Part shown: one piece after another, positions 62,253 through 64,000 of the stretch
Layout of the letters: each line of letters opens with the position of its first letter
Numbering within the stretch: the first letter of the stretch is position 1
Assembly (NCBI RefSeq): GCF_020745735.1
Contig: NW_026867451.1
Coordinates: 124,001-188,000, forward strand
Origin: Hemiscyllium ocellatum
Lineage: Eukaryota
Direction of reading: 5' to 3'
DNA length: 64,000 bases
Position numbers and translations under genes: made by a program
The notes under the pieces: model-generated
What the model was told of the DNA's origin: nothing
What the model saw: only the letters and a program-made list of their open reading frames with translations
The model's database searches: none

Positions 62253-63061
62253 CAGCAGTCCCTGTGTCTATTTTAGAGAACAGCAGGCCTGTGCACAGGA
62301 TAAAGAACAGCAGTTCATATGTATAATATCGAGAAGAGCATTCCCTGTGTCTTATACAGAGATCAACAGTACAGATGTATAATCTAGAGAACAGCAGAAA
62401 GTATGTTTAATCTAGAGAAAAGCACTCTCTGTGAACAATGACAAGAACAGCAGTCCCTGTGTATAATATAGAGAATAGCAGATGCTATGTCTAATATAAA
62501 GAACAGTAATCCCTGTGCTAATTACAGAGAACAATCATCTGTGTATAATACAGAAAAAGACAATGTATGTGTACAATATAGAGAATAGCAGTCCCTCTGT
62601 CTATTTTAGAGAACAGCAGTGCCTGTGCATTATATAAAGAACAGCAGTCCCTGTGTGCAATATAGACAACAGCAGTTCATATGTACAATATAGTGAACTG
62701 CAGTCCCTCTGGAAAATACAGAAAACAGCAATTCCTGTGTATAATATAGAGAGCAGCAGTCCCTGTGCATAATATAGAGAACAGCAGTCCCTGTGTCTCT
62801 TTTAGAGAACAGCATTCCGTGTGCACAATATTAAGGCCAGCAGTCCCTGTGTAAAATATTGGGAACAGCAGTCCATATGTTTCATCTAGACAACAGCAGT
62901 CACTGTGTATAATATAGAGAAAGGCAGTCTCTATGTACAATGTCGAGAGCAGCAGTCCCTGTGTATAATGTAGAGAACAGCAGATGCTGCGTCTAATATA
63001 AAGAACATGACTCGCTGTGTTTAAAAAGAGTACAGCTGTCCCTGTGTATAATATGGAGAAC

Positions 63062-63205
63062 TAGGAGAAGTTGAGGACTGCAGATGCTGGCGATCAGAGC
63101 TTAAAAATGTGTTGCTGGAAAGAAAGCTTGTGCCCGAAACTTTGATTCTCCTCCTTTGATGCTGCCTGACCTGCTGCGCTTTTTCAGTAACACATTTTTA
63201 AGCGA
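63062..63205. mobile_element. Rearranged fold-back family-A PLE terminus
   Basis: GAGGACTGCAGATGCTGG arm followed by inverted GATGCTGCCTGACCTGCTGCGC arm. Confidence 0.7.
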
Positions 63206-63544
63206 TAATATAGCGAACATCAGTGTCCATGTATAATATAGAGAACAGCAGTCCCTGTTTTTATCTTAGAGAACAGCAGTCCCTGTGTACAATATGGAAA
63301 ACAGCAGTCACTGTGTATAATATTGAGAAAGAAGATGATGTGTTTAATATAAAGAACATGATTCCCCGTTTTGAATAAAGAGAACAGCCGCCCCTGTGTA
63401 CAATATAGAGAACAGCAGTCCCTCTGTCTATTTTAGAGAGCAGCTGTCCCTCTGTCTATTTTAGAGAACAGCAGTGCCTGTGCATAATATAAAGAACAGC
63501 AGTCCCTGTGTGCAATATAGACAACAGCAGTTCATATGTACATC

Positions 63545-64000
63545 GTAAAACAGAGGAGAACCACCAATACAACTTACTCAAGAAGAACGGATACTCAAAA
63601 AATCAGTGCGCAGATTCCTCAAGAACAAACCACGACAAGCAGACCAAACACAGCCAGAAACCCTAACCGCCTTACCATACATCAAAGAAGTTTCAGAAAT
63701 GACAGCCAGACTACTAAGACCCCTCAGAATCCTAGTAGCACACAAACCCACCAACACCCTCAAACAAAAACTAACAACTTAAAAGACCCAGTACAACCCA
63801 TGGACAAAACCAACGTCATCTACAAAATTCCATGCAAGGACTGCCACAAACACTACGTAGGTCGCACAGGAAGCAAGTTAGCCACCAGGATACACGAACA
63901 GCAGCTAGCCACAAAAAGACACGACCCTCTCTACCTCGAAGCCCTGCACACGGATGAAGAAACCCACCATTTCGACTGGGACAACACATCTATCCTGGGA
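63545..64000 (+). mobile_element. Penelope-like element (RT linker plus GIY-YIG), frameshifted, running off the window
   Basis: Translates to KNGY...LPYIKEVSE...VAHKPTNTL and KTNVIYKIPCKDCHKHYVGRTG..LATRIHE...HHFDWDNTSILG. Confidence 0.9.

Larger units (their letters stand above)
38940..63545. repeat. About 24.6-kb degenerate 28-bp minisatellite, consensus CAGCAGTCCCTGTGTATAATATAGAGAA (roughly 800 units by length division)
   Basis: Continuous 28-nt periodicity read directly; one orientation throughout; interrupted only by SINE/PLE insertions. Confidence 0.97.

Noticed and set aside
39052-62940. Dozens of Cys/His-rich ORFs with 28-aa periodicity, suggestive of C2H2 zinc fingers
   Set aside because: They are translations of the 28-nt repeat; there is no C-x2-C...H-x3-H spacing or TGEKP linker, and frameshifts are frequent.
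38940-63545. CRISPR array (28-bp repeat length)
   Set aside because: Units are contiguous with no unique spacers, there are no cas genes, and the DNA is vertebrate.
38940-63545. Steroid-receptor elements (AGAACA in most units)
   Set aside because: Only half-sites; the partner half is mismatched or wrongly spaced relative to AGAACAnnnTGTTCT.

Overview
Cartilaginous-fish (shark) genomic DNA. This is inferred from the Ig domain sequences and the elasmobranch HE1-type SINEs; the species cannot be fixed from sequence alone. The only host gene I can support is the constant part of one IgM heavy-chain cluster on the + strand: Cmu1 (4967-5275), Cmu2 (8382-8693), Cmu3 (10673-10981), Cmu4 plus secretory tail (11429-11820), TM1 (14591-14718) and TM2 (14858-14866). 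All splice phases are compatible and there are no stops. V, D and J are not in the window and presumably lie upstream. Bases 15-39 kb are mostly transposon debris: CR1/HER1-type LINE pieces including a near-complete frameshifted copy at 35.3-38.9 kb, HE1/V-SINEs, a Gypsy pol remnant and Penelope-like elements (PLEs). From about 38.9 kb to 63.5 kb there is a roughly 24.6-kb degenerate minisatellite with a 28-bp unit (CAGCAGTCCCTGTGTATAATATAGAGAA). It shows higher-order structure, internal duplications and inserted SINEs/PLEs, and it accounts for nearly all ORF-track calls in that half. The most interesting observations are three. (1) Four different PLE termini carry minimal hammerhead-ribozyme motifs with covarying stems, and one copy has an intact core. 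(2) A G-skewed, switch-like tract lies in the J-Cmu intron. (3) The giant 28-bp array is rich in J-oriented RSS heptamers and WGCW AID hotspots and starts about 24 kb downstream of the IgM gene. Functional roles for (2) and (3) are hypotheses only.
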